64,000 bases of DNA from NCBI GenBank assembly GCA_965249025.1, contig OZ252215.1, positions 83,209 through 147,208 on the forward strand. Reading direction: 5' to 3'. Both the position numbers and the translations under genes were made by a program. The notes under the pieces are model-generated. The model was given only the letters and a program-made list of their open reading frames with translations. It had not been told where the DNA came from and did not search any database. This document shows, one piece after another, positions 35,790-45,477 of the stretch. The stretch is from Dehalococcoidia bacterium (lineage in GTDB: Bacteria; Chloroflexota; Dehalococcoidia; Lucifugimonadales; CAYTFF01). Numbering within the stretch: the first letter of the stretch is position 1; each line of letters begins with the position of its first letter.

Positions 35790-35829
35790 AATTCACCTCA
35801 ACAGAACAGAGAAATGGCCTGTCAAATCG

Positions 35830-35858
35830 AATGTAGCATGAGCTTCTTGGGCTGTCAA
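35830..35858 (-). promoter_or_regulatory. candidate hrcA promoter (TTGACA-N17-TACATT)
   Basis: On the minus strand the -35 is at 35858-35853 and the -10 at 35835-35830. Confidence 0.4.
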
Positions 35859-35863
35859 GGCAA

Positions 35864-35892
35864 TTGACCCGTGGGTCTGGCGCTGCTATACT
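35864..35892 (+). promoter_or_regulatory. candidate divergent promoter for the MBL-fold gene (TTGACC-N17-TATACT)
   Basis: Hexamers at 35864-35869 and 35887-35892, about 33 nt before ATG 35925. Confidence 0.4.
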
Positions 35893-35924
35893 CAGTCCCG
35901 ATTCTCGAGACTAAATGAGGGCAT

Positions 35925-36584
35925 ATGGAAATTAACTGGTTGGGTAACAAATGCTTCAGGATTACGAGTGGCGATGCTGTACTGCTTACAGATCCCATGG
36001 ACATTTCTAGAGAGGCCTTTGATTCCGCTTCATCCGTTTCATCCGTAGACATTGTGATTATAAGCCACACTACCCCTGCCTATGAGGGTTATATGGAGTT
36101 GCTTGGCATGCCTAAGGTTCTTGAAGGGCCTGGCGAGTATGAAATCTCATCTGTTTACATTCGTGGCATAGCCACACCCTACCGCGCTTCCGAGGATCCT
36201 GATCATCAGGATATAAACACCGTCTATCTTATAGAGTTGGAGGGCATTGTTCTGTGTCATCTGGGAAGTCTGAGCAGCATGCCTTCATCTAGGGAGGTTG
36301 AGGAGTTGAGTGGCGCAGATTTGCTGTTTGTGCCTGTGGGCGGAGGCAATACCATATCTCCCAATGAGGCGGCTGAGCTTACCAACACGATCTCGCCTGG
36401 AATAGTGATACCGATGCATTACAGAGGCGATGAATCGGATGGGCCTCTGGAATCTCTGGATGCATTTCTAAAAGAGATGAGTGTCAAAGAAGTAGAGCAG
36501 CGCTCTAAATTGAACGTGACCAAATCTAACATCTCTGGCGAGACAAGACTGATAGTTTTGTCCCGACAGGTCGAAATGGGTTAG
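35925..36584 (+). CDS. MBL-fold metal-dependent hydrolase (UPF0173-like)
   Basis: MEINWLGNKCFRITSGDAVLLTDP N-terminus; 219 aa. Confidence 0.75.
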   Translation: MEINWLGNKCFRITSGDAVLLTDPMDISREAFDSASSVSSVDIVIISHTTPAYEGYMELLGMPKVLEGPGEYEISSVYIRGIATPYRASEDPDHQDINTVYLIELEGIVLCHLGSLSSMPSSREVEELSGADLLFVPVGGGNTISPNEAAELTNTISPGIVIPMHYRGDESDGPLESLDAFLKEMSVKEVEQRSKLNVTKSNISGETRLIVLSRQVEMG

Positions 36585-36615
36585 GCTTAGACATATCCTT
36601 GATTTGCTTAAGTTA

Positions 36616-36643
36616 AGAGGGGCCTCCAAGTGGAGGCCCCTCT
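36616..36643. terminator. bidirectional terminator hairpin between convergent genes
   Basis: AGAGGGGCCTCC-aagt-GGAGGCCCCTCT, a 12-bp perfect stem. Confidence 0.6.
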
Positions 36644-36694
36644 GCTATTCATTCTTGTGTGAGTTTGAACAGATTGGCTTTCGCATGTCCCATT

Positions 36695-37696
36695 TTATCT
36701 ACGTCGCCAGCGATAGATTCCTATCAGGCCAACTGGCGCTAGTATAAGCAGGAGGTCTGCCATACCGTTTCCTCCCGAACCGTTAAGTGGCGAGGAGCAG
36801 CTTAACCCTCCTGAAGGCTCAGGTGTTGGGCTGGGGGTTGGCGGTGGGATAGGCGTCGCCGTTGGCACGCGAGTAGGAGTAGGCGGCACCGGAGTGGGAG
36901 TTGGAGTTGGCGGCACCGGAGTAGGCGTTGGTGTTGAAGTAGGGGCGGGAGTCGGTGTTGGTATGGGTGTAGGCGTCGCCGTAGGGGTGGGTGTTGGGGT
37001 GGGCGTTGGCAATCCGACGAATATCAGAGCGAAGTTGGGTTTGAATTGGCCCTCTTGAAACACGTCGGTGGTGCTTGACTTGATGCCGTTTAGGTAAAAC
37101 TCTACCGTCTGTCCTATTGCGCTTATGCCGATTGGCGTGATTACCAAGTTGCGGTAGGTGTTCCCCTCTACCCTCGCAGGGGAGGACTGGTAGCTTCCGA
37201 TACGAGCCACCAACACTGCGCTAGCGGGGGTGTCCCCTCCAGCTATCACGATGGCGCCCTCATATGCCGTAGGTTGAAATATCACTGGTGTGGCCGTAGG
37301 GGTTGGCGTTGGTGTCGGGGGCAGGTCGGCAAAGGTCAAAATGAAGTTGTTTTTCAGGACGGGAAGGGAAGGACTTATGGACGTGTCCGTTTCGCTGGCC
37401 TGCACGTATCCGCCCAGATGGAAGGTGACGGTCTTGTTGCCGTAAGAGCTATCGGGCGGGGCTACATTGAGGGCCAGAAAGCGGCCTCCGGAGGTCTCCA
37501 CGGGAGGCGATTCGTAGTCTTCTATACGGGCTGTGATAATAAGGCCGTCCGGCGCAGGCGCTCCCGCTACGGTCACATTGCCGTTATAAATCACAGGCGC
37601 AGGGGGAAGGCTCTGGGCGTGGGTTGGCCTTACGTTCACTGCGGCTATGGCCACGAGGATAGCTAATAACGTCATTCCCAATACTCTTAGAGACAT
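36695..37696 (-). CDS. secreted two-domain protein with Pro/Thr-rich linkers and a C-terminal membrane anchor
   Basis: Signal peptide [27 protein letters not shown] (M17 of the track ORF, after GAGGAG). Two ~110-aa homologous modules are each followed by (PT)n. The C-terminus is [38 protein letters not shown]. Confidence 0.6.
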   Translation of the reverse strand: MSLRVLGMTLLAILVAIAAVNVRPTHAQSLPPAPVIYNGNVTVAGAPAPDGLIITARIEDYESPPVETSGGRFLALNVAPPDSSYGNKTVTFHLGGYVQASETDTSISPSLPVLKNNFILTFADLPPTPTPTPTATPVIFQPTAYEGAIVIAGGDTPASAVLVARIGSYQSSPARVEGNTYRNLVITPIGISAIGQTVEFYLNGIKSSTTDVFQEGQFKPNFALIFVGLPTPTPTPTPTATPTPIPTPTPAPTSTPTPTPVPPTPTPTPVPPTPTRVPTATPIPPPTPSPTPEPSGGLSCSSPLNGSGGNGMADLLLILAPVGLIGIYRWRRR

Positions 37697-37906
37697 CTCT
37701 CCTCTCTTTCCTGACTTTGCGCTAAAAGTCTTGTTTCGTCCCATACTATGATAACAGAACTATGATAACAGACTTTGATTATCCCACCACGTCTTTCTCG
37801 ACTTGTCTGGGTCGGATTTTATCGTTCCTCTTTCAAAAACAGTGTGGCGACAGATTCCTCGTCGCTGCGCTCCTCGGAATGACAGCAAATAAGAGCGTGT
37901 CGTTTC

Positions 37907-38034
37907 TGTCACTCTGATCAAGCGGGGCTACTGAAGAATCCTTGGTATGTATATTAGAAGAGGCTAATCAAGGCACATAAAGATATTCTACGTGCCAAGG
38001 ATTCTTCTCCTCACAGGTCGGGAGAAGAATGACG
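37907..38034. repeat. palindromic MITE/REP-like element (TGTCA.TCTGA family) plus an adjacent half-copy at 37846-37884
   Basis: GAAGAATCCTTGG ... CCAAGGATTCTTC internal pair. The half-copy reads GATTCCTCGTCGCTGCGCTCCTCGGAATGACA. Confidence 0.8.
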
Positions 38035-38067
38035 TGAGGAGATGGTGGGGGAGCTCCTTTCAAAAGA

Positions 38068-38100
38068 AGCCTCCCTCCCCCGGGCAGGAGGAGGGAGGCT
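38068..38100 (-). terminator. intrinsic terminator after the S-layer-like gene
   Basis: AGCCTCCCTCC-N11-GGAGGGAGGCT (11 bp) followed by TCTTTTG on the minus strand, 40 nt after the stop. Confidence 0.6.
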
Positions 38101-38140
38101 CTTAAACCTCTAGTCAGGTTTGTTGGTTTGAGCTAGCTGG

Positions 38141-41100
38141 TTACGGTACTAGGACCGCGGCCTCGGTTACATAGACCCAGTAGCCCTTACCGACAGTCAG
38201 GGTGGCCGTGGAAAGGACTGTCGAGAACTGCCCGCTCAGTGTGCTGTACTCATAGATCCTGCTGAACTTGACGCCCGTCAGGTACTGAGCGGCGGTGGTG
38301 GTGGTTGGGTCGCCAGCCACCAAGGTGCCGGTGACGTCTATGGTAGGCACCAGGTTCCAGCCTACGTTCAGGGTTATCGTGGGCGGGGTCACCTGTTGTC
38401 CGCCTGACGTTCCGGGTATGTTGACCTTGATAGGCTGGAATGTGGTGGTATGGATCCAGTAGGCGCTGCCGGCCGTTATCGAAGTCAGGCTGCCCACCAG
38501 GTTGCCTGTATCGGTGTCTCTAACCGCAGTTAGCCATGGCCCGCCCTGAGCGTTAGGATCGTAGGTGAGGACGGTATCTATCGGCAGACTGCTGCTGATG
38601 ACCGAATTGATGGCTGGGTCGGCTGGCGAGTTGGGCAAGGAGACCATGTTCCAGCCAGGCTGCAGCTTGACTGAGAAGAGGGCCTTTTCGGTCACCTTGA
38701 CCGTGAAGGATGTCTCTGCCAGCGCTCTGCCGGACTCATCGGTGGCCTTTATCTTGACGGTGTGAGTCCCGATGGTCAGGCCAGAGGCCTTGTACAGGAA
38801 GATGATCTTGTCCTCACTATTGATGGCGCTTAGTATAGATATGCCATCTAGGGTTGCTGAGTTTAGCGTCACCTTGCCGTGGGTGTCCTTGTCGGTCACC
38901 ACATTGGCCTGGGTAGTTGTGAAATCGCCGTTGGTGTCCAGGCCGTATTCCTTACCCTCGGTGGTGAAGTCAATAATCAGGAAGGAATCCGGATTATCTG
39001 TCGTTGCCGGGGTAAAGGTAGGTACCTGTACGGCCACGTCCTTCTCAAATAGGATAGCCTTGGAATTGCTTGGGTCTGAGATGTGCCCGGCCGTTCCCTC
39101 GTTGGCGGACAGGTCCTTGGCTGTGGAGTAGACGTTGAACACGCCGGCTACGGTCGGGGTAACCTCAAGCTGCCAGGTATTGGCGCTCACGATGGAGGGC
39201 GCTACTTGTGGCAGAGAAGTACCCAGAGTGGTGGCGGTGGCTATAGGCGCTACGACCACTGAGCTGCTGTCCACCGTGGCGGATTCGTTGGTAGAGATCT
39301 GAATTATCACCTTGTCCTTGGTTGCTGGAACGGTGCCAGTAGCTGTGCCAGTGACCGTTACCGTAACGGTCGGTCCTATGCCGTCAGCAGAGGTGGTCGT
39401 GTCCAGGGTCAAGGCGTTTCCTGCAAGGTCTTTGACCTCGCTGACGAGGGTCACGATTGGCTTGGCATCGGGCGCAAGGGCGCTCACGGTCAGGAACACA
39501 GCGCATCCGGTGACACCTGAAGCGCAGCCTGCCGTTGACCCTGAGCCTGACTGGTGAGCTAAGGTAACGGGTTGCGCGCCTGCCACCAGGAAGTCAGAGA
39601 TAGCTAACGTTGTGGCGTCAACTCCCTCGCTGAAGCGGACGATTATGCTGTCACTCTTAGCCTTGGAAGCAGTATCTTCAGTCTTGTCGGTTGTGGTCTT
39701 GGTGGCGTCCCACCAGAGCCCTGTCTCAGAGGACAACATATTAGGCTTGGTGTTGTCCACCTTCACAACAAAAGGATCGCAACCGCCGTTATCAGCTGTG
39801 GTTGGGGTACCGATGGCGGCGTAACTGGCAGCGTCGCATGTGCTTTTTTGCGCCAGTTGAGAAGCCGCAGTTGCGGTGAAGGCGACGTCTACGACAATAC
39901 TATTGGCGTCAGTAATGGTATTCACCCTTCGAGTCTCGCCAGCTACGGTGACAGTCTGTCCAACTGCCAACTCGGTGGTGAACAGAGTGCCAGTGCCGGT
40001 TACCGTGGCGGAGGAGACGGTGGTAGCAACCGTTCCCGTCAGGGTGGTGGCGGCTACGCTGTCGCTCACACCGTCGTTTCCAGCGTCATCAGTGGATGTT
40101 AACCACCACAGGACATCTGCATCGCTTATTGCAGGAGTGGTGGGCCTCTGCTGCTGGACCGTGTAACCGCTGGTGATGGCAACAACGCTGCCTGTAACAC
40201 CTGAGTTGGGGTCCACAGTTGTAACCGTGCCGTTGACGTTGAAGACAGCCCTTAGGGAGGTCTTATTCACGCCGGAACCGCTGTCGGTAACGTCACCGCT
40301 GACGATTGGTACAGGGCTGGTGGTAGCGGCCTTATGAGCAGGCGACAGGTTGGCGAAGGTTGTAGGCTGGGTCTCGATCGTTAAAGCCTTTGCAACCGAA
40401 CTAGCGCTGGCGTCCACATAGGTAAACGTGAGGACGTCGCTGCTACCGACCTTCAAGTTGGGGACGTAGTCAGTAGTGCCGACATCACCGTCATCGTCGT
40501 TAGAGGCGCCGACGCTCAAGTCTAGGGTGGCACGGAATATGCCCGTGCTGGCGCCGCTCTCGGTCAGAACTACGCCTATACCGCTCTCATCGGCCTGGCT
40601 CTTCACCGAGACGATGCTTGTGCTGAGAGGCTGTTCTGCAACGCCCTGGGTATCCTGGGTGCTTGTCCAATACAGGACATATGCTGTTGCAGGTCCGTCG
40701 ACGGAGAGCTGAACCCTAAGAACGCCGTTTGCAGCGTCCAGGGAGTTAAGAGACAGGTTGGCAACATCTACGGCTGCGGCGTCTACCACTCGGGCATCCA
40801 ACTTGTTAAGGGCCGTGTCTGGCGCTCCCGTGAAGCGATTTCTCAGGGCGCTTCCTACGTTGGTATCCAACTGAGGGAAGTTCTCAAGGTTAAAGGTTTG
40901 CTCATCGGTGCCGGTTGCAATAGCGATAGTAGGAGCGTTGGTGCAGTTGGGACAGTTAGCAAACGTGCCACCACTGGTGAGAACTTCTGTCGCCTCGACG
41001 CTAGCATGTGTAGATGCAAAGGCCGTGGTGACAGTAAAAGTCAGGCCATCAGTTGATCGGGTAGCGATCTTCTTAACTCTCTCTGAGCCGGGGAACAAGA

Positions 41101-41434
41101 CAGTGTCACCAACGAGAAGCTCGGTTGCATTGACGTCTGATGTAAACGTCTTGCTACCGGCCGTGGCGTTCTGCACTCCCGTCACAACTGATGAATCGCT
41201 GGGGACGAGGACCCTCTTCAGAGGCACGTCTAAGTCGGTGTCCGTCACCTGCAGTATTACCGTGCCACCTTTTCTAGCAAATGTAAGGGACACGGTGGTG
41301 TCAGTGCTCTTTACGATATCCACCGTGCCCTGGACAGCCGCTGATGGCGCAGCCATGGCTGGGATGATGGCCACGAGGGACATCAATAAGGTTAAGACTA
41401 CTACGATTGGTATAAATTTGGCTTTGTTTTTCAC
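38141..41434 (-). CDS. large secreted surface (S-layer-like) protein, 1097 aa
   Basis: Signal peptide MKNKAKFIPIVVVLTLLMSLVAIIPAMA, Thr/Ser/Ala/Val-rich beta-type composition, and two C-terminal modules with GWN(M/L)V ... G(S/K)(A/G)YW(I/V) motifs. GTG start after AAGGGGG. Strong promoter, long 5' UTR and its own terminator. Confidence 0.6.
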   Translation of the reverse strand: MKNKAKFIPIVVVLTLLMSLVAIIPAMAAPSAAVQGTVDIVKSTDTTVSLTFARKGGTVILQVTDTDLDVPLKRVLVPSDSSVVTGVQNATAGSKTFTSDVNATELLVGDTVLFPGSERVKKIATRSTDGLTFTVTTAFASTHASVEATEVLTSGGTFANCPNCTNAPTIAIATGTDEQTFNLENFPQLDTNVGSALRNRFTGAPDTALNKLDARVVDAAAVDVANLSLNSLDAANGVLRVQLSVDGPATAYVLYWTSTQDTQGVAEQPLSTSIVSVKSQADESGIGVVLTESGASTGIFRATLDLSVGASNDDDGDVGTTDYVPNLKVGSSDVLTFTYVDASASSVAKALTIETQPTTFANLSPAHKAATTSPVPIVSGDVTDSGSGVNKTSLRAVFNVNGTVTTVDPNSGVTGSVVAITSGYTVQQQRPTTPAISDADVLWWLTSTDDAGNDGVSDSVAATTLTGTVATTVSSATVTGTGTLFTTELAVGQTVTVAGETRRVNTITDANSIVVDVAFTATAASQLAQKSTCDAASYAAIGTPTTADNGGCDPFVVKVDNTKPNMLSSETGLWWDATKTTTDKTEDTASKAKSDSIIVRFSEGVDATTLAISDFLVAGAQPVTLAHQSGSGSTAGCASGVTGCAVFLTVSALAPDAKPIVTLVSEVKDLAGNALTLDTTTSADGIGPTVTVTVTGTATGTVPATKDKVIIQISTNESATVDSSSVVVAPIATATTLGTSLPQVAPSIVSANTWQLEVTPTVAGVFNVYSTAKDLSANEGTAGHISDPSNSKAILFEKDVAVQVPTFTPATTDNPDSFLIIDFTTEGKEYGLDTNGDFTTTQANVVTDKDTHGKVTLNSATLDGISILSAINSEDKIIFLYKASGLTIGTHTVKIKATDESGRALAETSFTVKVTEKALFSVKLQPGWNMVSLPNSPADPAINSVISSSLPIDTVLTYDPNAQGGPWLTAVRDTDTGNLVGSLTSITAGSAYWIHTTTFQPIKVNIPGTSGGQQVTPPTITLNVGWNLVPTIDVTGTLVAGDPTTTTAAQYLTGVKFSRIYEYSTLSGQFSTVLSTATLTVGKGYWVYVTEAAVLVP

Positions 41435-41691
41435 AGCCTACCCCCTTTCTTTACGAAGGTGATTTCAAAGGAATGTTTCGTCGACATTGGGGTAACGAGC
41501 GCGGAACCCCCGGGCCCGCATGTAGTGCCCGGAAGCACGTGCCGGCTCCGTCTTGAGAACCATCCAGCTCGACTCATAGTATGTGAGCCGAGACAGACGC
41601 CCCGAAACGAAGACTCAGCCCCCGGATCTGCTCTAGATAAAAATACAGACAATTCCATCTGACCTCGCTTTCGTAGGTCGAACCCCTAGAA

Positions 41692-41720
41692 TTTTTACAC
41701 TATGTGATTATCTTTGTCAA
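41692..41720 (-). promoter_or_regulatory. candidate strong promoter of the S-layer-like gene (TTGACA-N17-TAAAAA)
   Basis: On the minus strand the -35 is at 41720-41715 and the -10 at 41697-41692. This implies a GC-rich 5' UTR of about 250 nt. Confidence 0.45.
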
Positions 41721-41993
41721 GGTCTATCAGGCCCTTGTTACCGAAAATGACCAAAAAGCACTCTTCCCTAGCACTAAGTTCGCCGTCGGTCTTTATATTG
41801 GAACAGTATCGAATTATGCCATGCTGAGAGGAACTGTGTTGTTGGACTAGTGGAACTATAGAATAATGCCCCAGTAATGTCAATAGAACAAATCATTGGA
41901 TTTTGTAAGGTTCTTTAGAGCAGTGTTTGCGCTGCCTACTGCTACACCCTGTCGATCTATCACTCTCTCGGTTCATAAATAGTATAATGTGTT

Positions 41994-43259
41994 TTAGACG
42001 TCCTTTGTTAGGGTAGCCAAGAATTCTGCGTTATTGGCCGTCTTAGCCAGTTTCTCCAGGACTCGTTCCGTGGCCTCCGAGGAATGGAGAGAGTCAGAGG
42101 TGACCATGCTGACCATGCGTCTCAGGAGCCAGACCTGCTTGAGGGTGGTTTCGTCCAGTAGCTTCTCCTCTCTTCTTGTGCCGCTGCGCTGGATGTCAAT
42201 GGCGGGGAAGACTCGGCGGTCCGCCAGCTTGCGGTCCAGATGAAGCTCCATGTTTCCTGTTCCCTTGAACTCTTCGTAGATGACTTCATCCATGCGGCTC
42301 CCCGTCTCGACGAGACAGGTGGCGATGATGGTAAGGCTTCCACCCTTCTCCGTGTTGCGGGCCGCCCCGAAGAACCGCTTGGGCGGATACAGGGCCGCGG
42401 GATCAATACCGCCCGAGAGGGTGCGGCCACTGGTGGGGGCCGCCAGGTTGTACGCCCGGGTCAGCCTGGTGATGCTGTCCAAAAGGATAACCACGTCCCT
42501 ACTGTCCTCTACCAGGCGCTTGGCCCTATCCAGGCATAGCTCCGCCACCCGGCAGTGGTCCTCTACGGGATCATCGAAGGTGGAGCCAAAGACCTCACCT
42601 GAAACGGAGCGCTCGATGTCGGTGACCTCCTCAGGACGCTCTCCAATGAGGGCCACCATGAGGTGGATGTCCTGGTAGTTGGTGGAAACGCCGTTGGCAA
42701 TCTGTTTAAGGAGGGTGGTCTTGCCGGCTTTGGGCGGCGATACTATAAGGCCTCTCTGGCCACGTCCGATGGGCGCCAAAAGGTCGATAAGCCGTGTGGA
42801 CAGGCCCTGAGGCTTGGTCTCCAGGGTGATCATCTTGTCGGGGAAAATGGGCACTAGTGACTCGAAGTTTGGACGGCGGCGCGCGCGGTCAGGCTCCAGA
42901 CTATTGACCGTGTCTACCCTAATTAACCCAAAGTAACGCTCGTTGTCCTTGGGTGGCCTGACCTGGCCAGCGACCTCATCGCCCGTTCTGAGCCCGAACC
43001 TTCTTATCTGGGACTGGGAGACATAGACGTCGCCAATGCTCTGACGGTTGCCATTTTGTCTCAAGAAACCGTATCCGTCATTGACCACGTCTAGAATTCC
43101 ACTGGCAAGTAGCTCTTCGTTTTGGTCTACGTAGGCCCGTAGGATCTTGAGGAGGAGGTCTGATTTCCTGAGCATGGAACCGTTCTCTAGTCCTACCTGG
43201 TGGGCTATCTCTAGGAGTTCGTCGATTTCCTTGGTTTCTAGTTCCCTTAATTTGATCAT
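41994..43259 (-). CDS. rho: transcription termination factor Rho
   Basis: N-terminal RNA-binding domain (GILDVVNDGYGFLR) and Walker A PPKAGKTTLL; 421 aa. Confidence 0.95.
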   Translation of the reverse strand: MIKLRELETKEIDELLEIAHQVGLENGSMLRKSDLLLKILRAYVDQNEELLASGILDVVNDGYGFLRQNGNRQSIGDVYVSQSQIRRFGLRTGDEVAGQVRPPKDNERYFGLIRVDTVNSLEPDRARRRPNFESLVPIFPDKMITLETKPQGLSTRLIDLLAPIGRGQRGLIVSPPKAGKTTLLKQIANGVSTNYQDIHLMVALIGERPEEVTDIERSVSGEVFGSTFDDPVEDHCRVAELCLDRAKRLVEDSRDVVILLDSITRLTRAYNLAAPTSGRTLSGGIDPAALYPPKRFFGAARNTEKGGSLTIIATCLVETGSRMDEVIYEEFKGTGNMELHLDRKLADRRVFPAIDIQRSGTRREEKLLDETTLKQVWLLRRMVSMVTSDSLHSSEATERVLEKLAKTANNAEFLATLTKDV

Positions 43260-43713
43260 GTCGACTCCGTGGGCGCCGTCAGCCTTGAATGGATGGCTGT
43301 GCTTAAAATTGATTTCATAGTTGGGTCATCGTAAGTAGGCAATAGGCTTCATTGTAGGTTATCAGGCTTATTCATTTTGTTAGATGTGTCTATGGCTTTG
43401 TGGTTCATGCTAGGTTTTAAAAATGCGCCCCCTACTTGCAAGTGTCACATATTTGGTCGATTGAACTAACTCACGCCAGCGAGATGCTTTACCATTGAGA
43501 ACTCGGACGCTGGTTATCGGAGAAAGGTGACTGGGTAGTTTTAGAAGCTACGACTTAAGCTATATACTTCAGATCCAATTCTTGGAGGTATCTTGAAGAT
43601 GTCCTGTCAACCTTTGGATTATGACTTTAGAGGGTATAACTTCTACAGTTGCCAGTATTGGTCGAGGAGCGTAATTGCAACAGTACAGCATTATTATATC
43701 AAAGGATTCTACA

Positions 43714-45381
43714 TTAGTCTATCCTTTTATGTTCGTTGCCTTCCGTTTGTTCCAAGGACAAGCGGTGCTGTCCCCCTTCTCGTAAAACCCCCTTGGCGAC
43801 TCCGAGGAATTCCGTAAATAGTGGATGTGGCCTGTTTGGCCTGGAGCGAAACTCCGGGTGGAACTGCATTCCTATCATAAATGGATGATCTACTAGCTCG
43901 CTGATCTCAACGAGACGCCCATCGGGAGAGAGTCCGCTGGCCAGCAGCCCAGCCGCCTCCAGGGGTTCTCGATATTTGTTGTTGAACTCGAACCTATGCC
44001 TATGGCGCTCCATCACAAGGGGCTCCTTATAGGCTTTATGAGCTTTAGACCTCTCCTGGATCTGGCAAGGGTAGTTGCCTAGCCGCATGGTGCCGCCTTT
44101 GTCTGTGATATCTCTCTGATCGGGCAGAAGGTCTATGACGGGGCAAGAGGTCTTTGGGTTGAACTCGGTAGAGTTGGCATCTGGGTAGCCTAAGGCGAAT
44201 CGCGCGAACTCTGCCACCATCACCTGCATGCCTAGGCAGAGGCCGAGGTAAGGGACGTTGTTCTCTCTAGCGTATTTAGCCGTTTGGATCATGCCCTCAG
44301 TCCCACGGCGACCAAATCCCCCTGGAACGACGATACCACTGATGGAGTGGAGCAGCCTCTCTGGACCGTATTGCTCCACATCCTCGGACTGTATCCAGGA
44401 TATCTCGACGTCTCTATTATGAGATAGTCCCGCATGATGGAGGGCTTCTCTGATAGAGAGGTAGGAGTCTGGCAGCTCTACATATTTGCCCACCACGGCA
44501 ATCGGCACCATCTCCTTTCCGTCTTGCATCATCTGTTCTATCATTATTCGCCAGTCGGTCAGGTCCTGGCCGATGTTCGGTATGCCAAGGCTCTCAGATA
44601 GCAGGTCTCCCAGCCTCTCTTCCTCTAGTATTAAGGGGACGGCGTAAACGTTTGGCACAGTGGGCAAGGCAATTACCGCTTCCCTTGGCACATCGCAGAA
44701 GAGGGATATCTTTGCTTTGATGTCATCTGAGACGGGTTCCTCGCTACGACATATTATGGCGTCAGGCTGCACGCCGATGCTACGAAGCTCCTTGACGCTA
44801 TGTTGCGTGGGCTTAGTCTTTAGTTCGCCGGTGGATGATATGTAAGGCACAAGGGTAAGGTGTATATAGAATACGTTGTCCCTTCCCACATCGTTTCTCA
44901 TTTGCCGGATGGCTTCCAAGAAGGGCAATCCCTCTATGTCGCCTACTGTGCCGCCAACCTCTACCACGATAACTTGGGCGCCGGTCTCCCGGGCTAGGCC
45001 AGTGATTCGCTCTTTGATGGCGTTGGTTACGTGGGGCACTACTTGTATAGTGCCGCCGAGGAACTCACCACGTCTCTCTCTGGAAATTACGTCTGTGTAT
45101 ATTTGGCCGGCCGTTACATTAGATGAGCGGGTTAGTTCAACGTCGGTGAAGCGCTCGTAGTGGCCTAGGTCCAGATCGGTTTCGCTCCCGTCTTTTGTGA
45201 CAAATACCTCCCCATGTTGATAGGGAGACATTGTGCCAGGGTCCACGTTTAGATAGGGATCGAGTTTCTGAATAGAGACGGTGATACCACGGCCCTTGAG
45301 AATTCGTCCGATAGAAGCTACCGTGATGCCCTTTCCAAGGGAGCTGACTACCCCTCCGGTTACAAATATGTATTTGGTCAT
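43714..45381 (-). CDS. pyrG: CTP synthase
   Basis: [20 protein letters not shown]-terminus and a glutaminase domain GLCLGMQ; 555 aa. Confidence 0.95.
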   Translation of the reverse strand: MTKYIFVTGGVVSSLGKGITVASIGRILKGRGITVSIQKLDPYLNVDPGTMSPYQHGEVFVTKDGSETDLDLGHYERFTDVELTRSSNVTAGQIYTDVISRERRGEFLGGTIQVVPHVTNAIKERITGLARETGAQVIVVEVGGTVGDIEGLPFLEAIRQMRNDVGRDNVFYIHLTLVPYISSTGELKTKPTQHSVKELRSIGVQPDAIICRSEEPVSDDIKAKISLFCDVPREAVIALPTVPNVYAVPLILEEERLGDLLSESLGIPNIGQDLTDWRIMIEQMMQDGKEMVPIAVVGKYVELPDSYLSIREALHHAGLSHNRDVEISWIQSEDVEQYGPERLLHSISGIVVPGGFGRRGTEGMIQTAKYARENNVPYLGLCLGMQVMVAEFARFALGYPDANSTEFNPKTSCPVIDLLPDQRDITDKGGTMRLGNYPCQIQERSKAHKAYKEPLVMERHRHRFEFNNKYREPLEAAGLLASGLSPDGRLVEISELVDHPFMIGMQFHPEFRSRPNRPHPLFTEFLGVAKGVLREGGQHRLSLEQTEGNEHKRID

Positions 45382-45441
45382 TTCATCAAAAAGTTCGTCA
45401 GGGCTCCTAAGGCTGGGGGATTCTCTTTTTCAAACGCTACT

Positions 45442-45477
45442 AATGTAATATGCACCTAAAATGTAATATGCACCTAA
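45442..45477. repeat. perfect 18-bp tandem repeat AATGTAATATGCACCTAA x2 upstream of pyrG
   Basis: Read directly from the sequence; 60-95 nt upstream of the pyrG start on the opposite strand. Confidence 0.9.

Noticed and set aside
35890-35915. Inverted repeat TCAGTCCC-N7-GAGACTAA between hrcA and the MBL gene, and TTAGTGCGC...GCGAGCAA upstream of dnaJ, considered as CIRCE operators.
   Set aside because: Each half-site matches the CIRCE consensus TTAGCACTC-N9-GAGTGCTAA at only about 5-6 of 9 positions, the spacing is wrong, and the first repeat lies in the 5' UTR of the divergent gene. The evidence is not convincing.
41460-41640. Known riboswitch (guanidine-I/ykkC-like GGGTTCCG, c-di-GMP, cobalamin) in the long leader of the S-layer-like gene.
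   Set aside because: Only isolated short strings (for example GGGGGTTCCGCG) resemble conserved riboswitch boxes. Their order and the other required boxes are missing. It is treated as a generic structured 5' UTR.
45442-45477. Tandem and direct repeats (45442-45477, 31225-31264, 37746-37775, and the Pro/Thr-coding repeats at 36800-37010) considered as CRISPR arrays.
   Set aside because: There are only two units each, no unique spacers between them, and some are coding low-complexity sequence. No cas genes are present.
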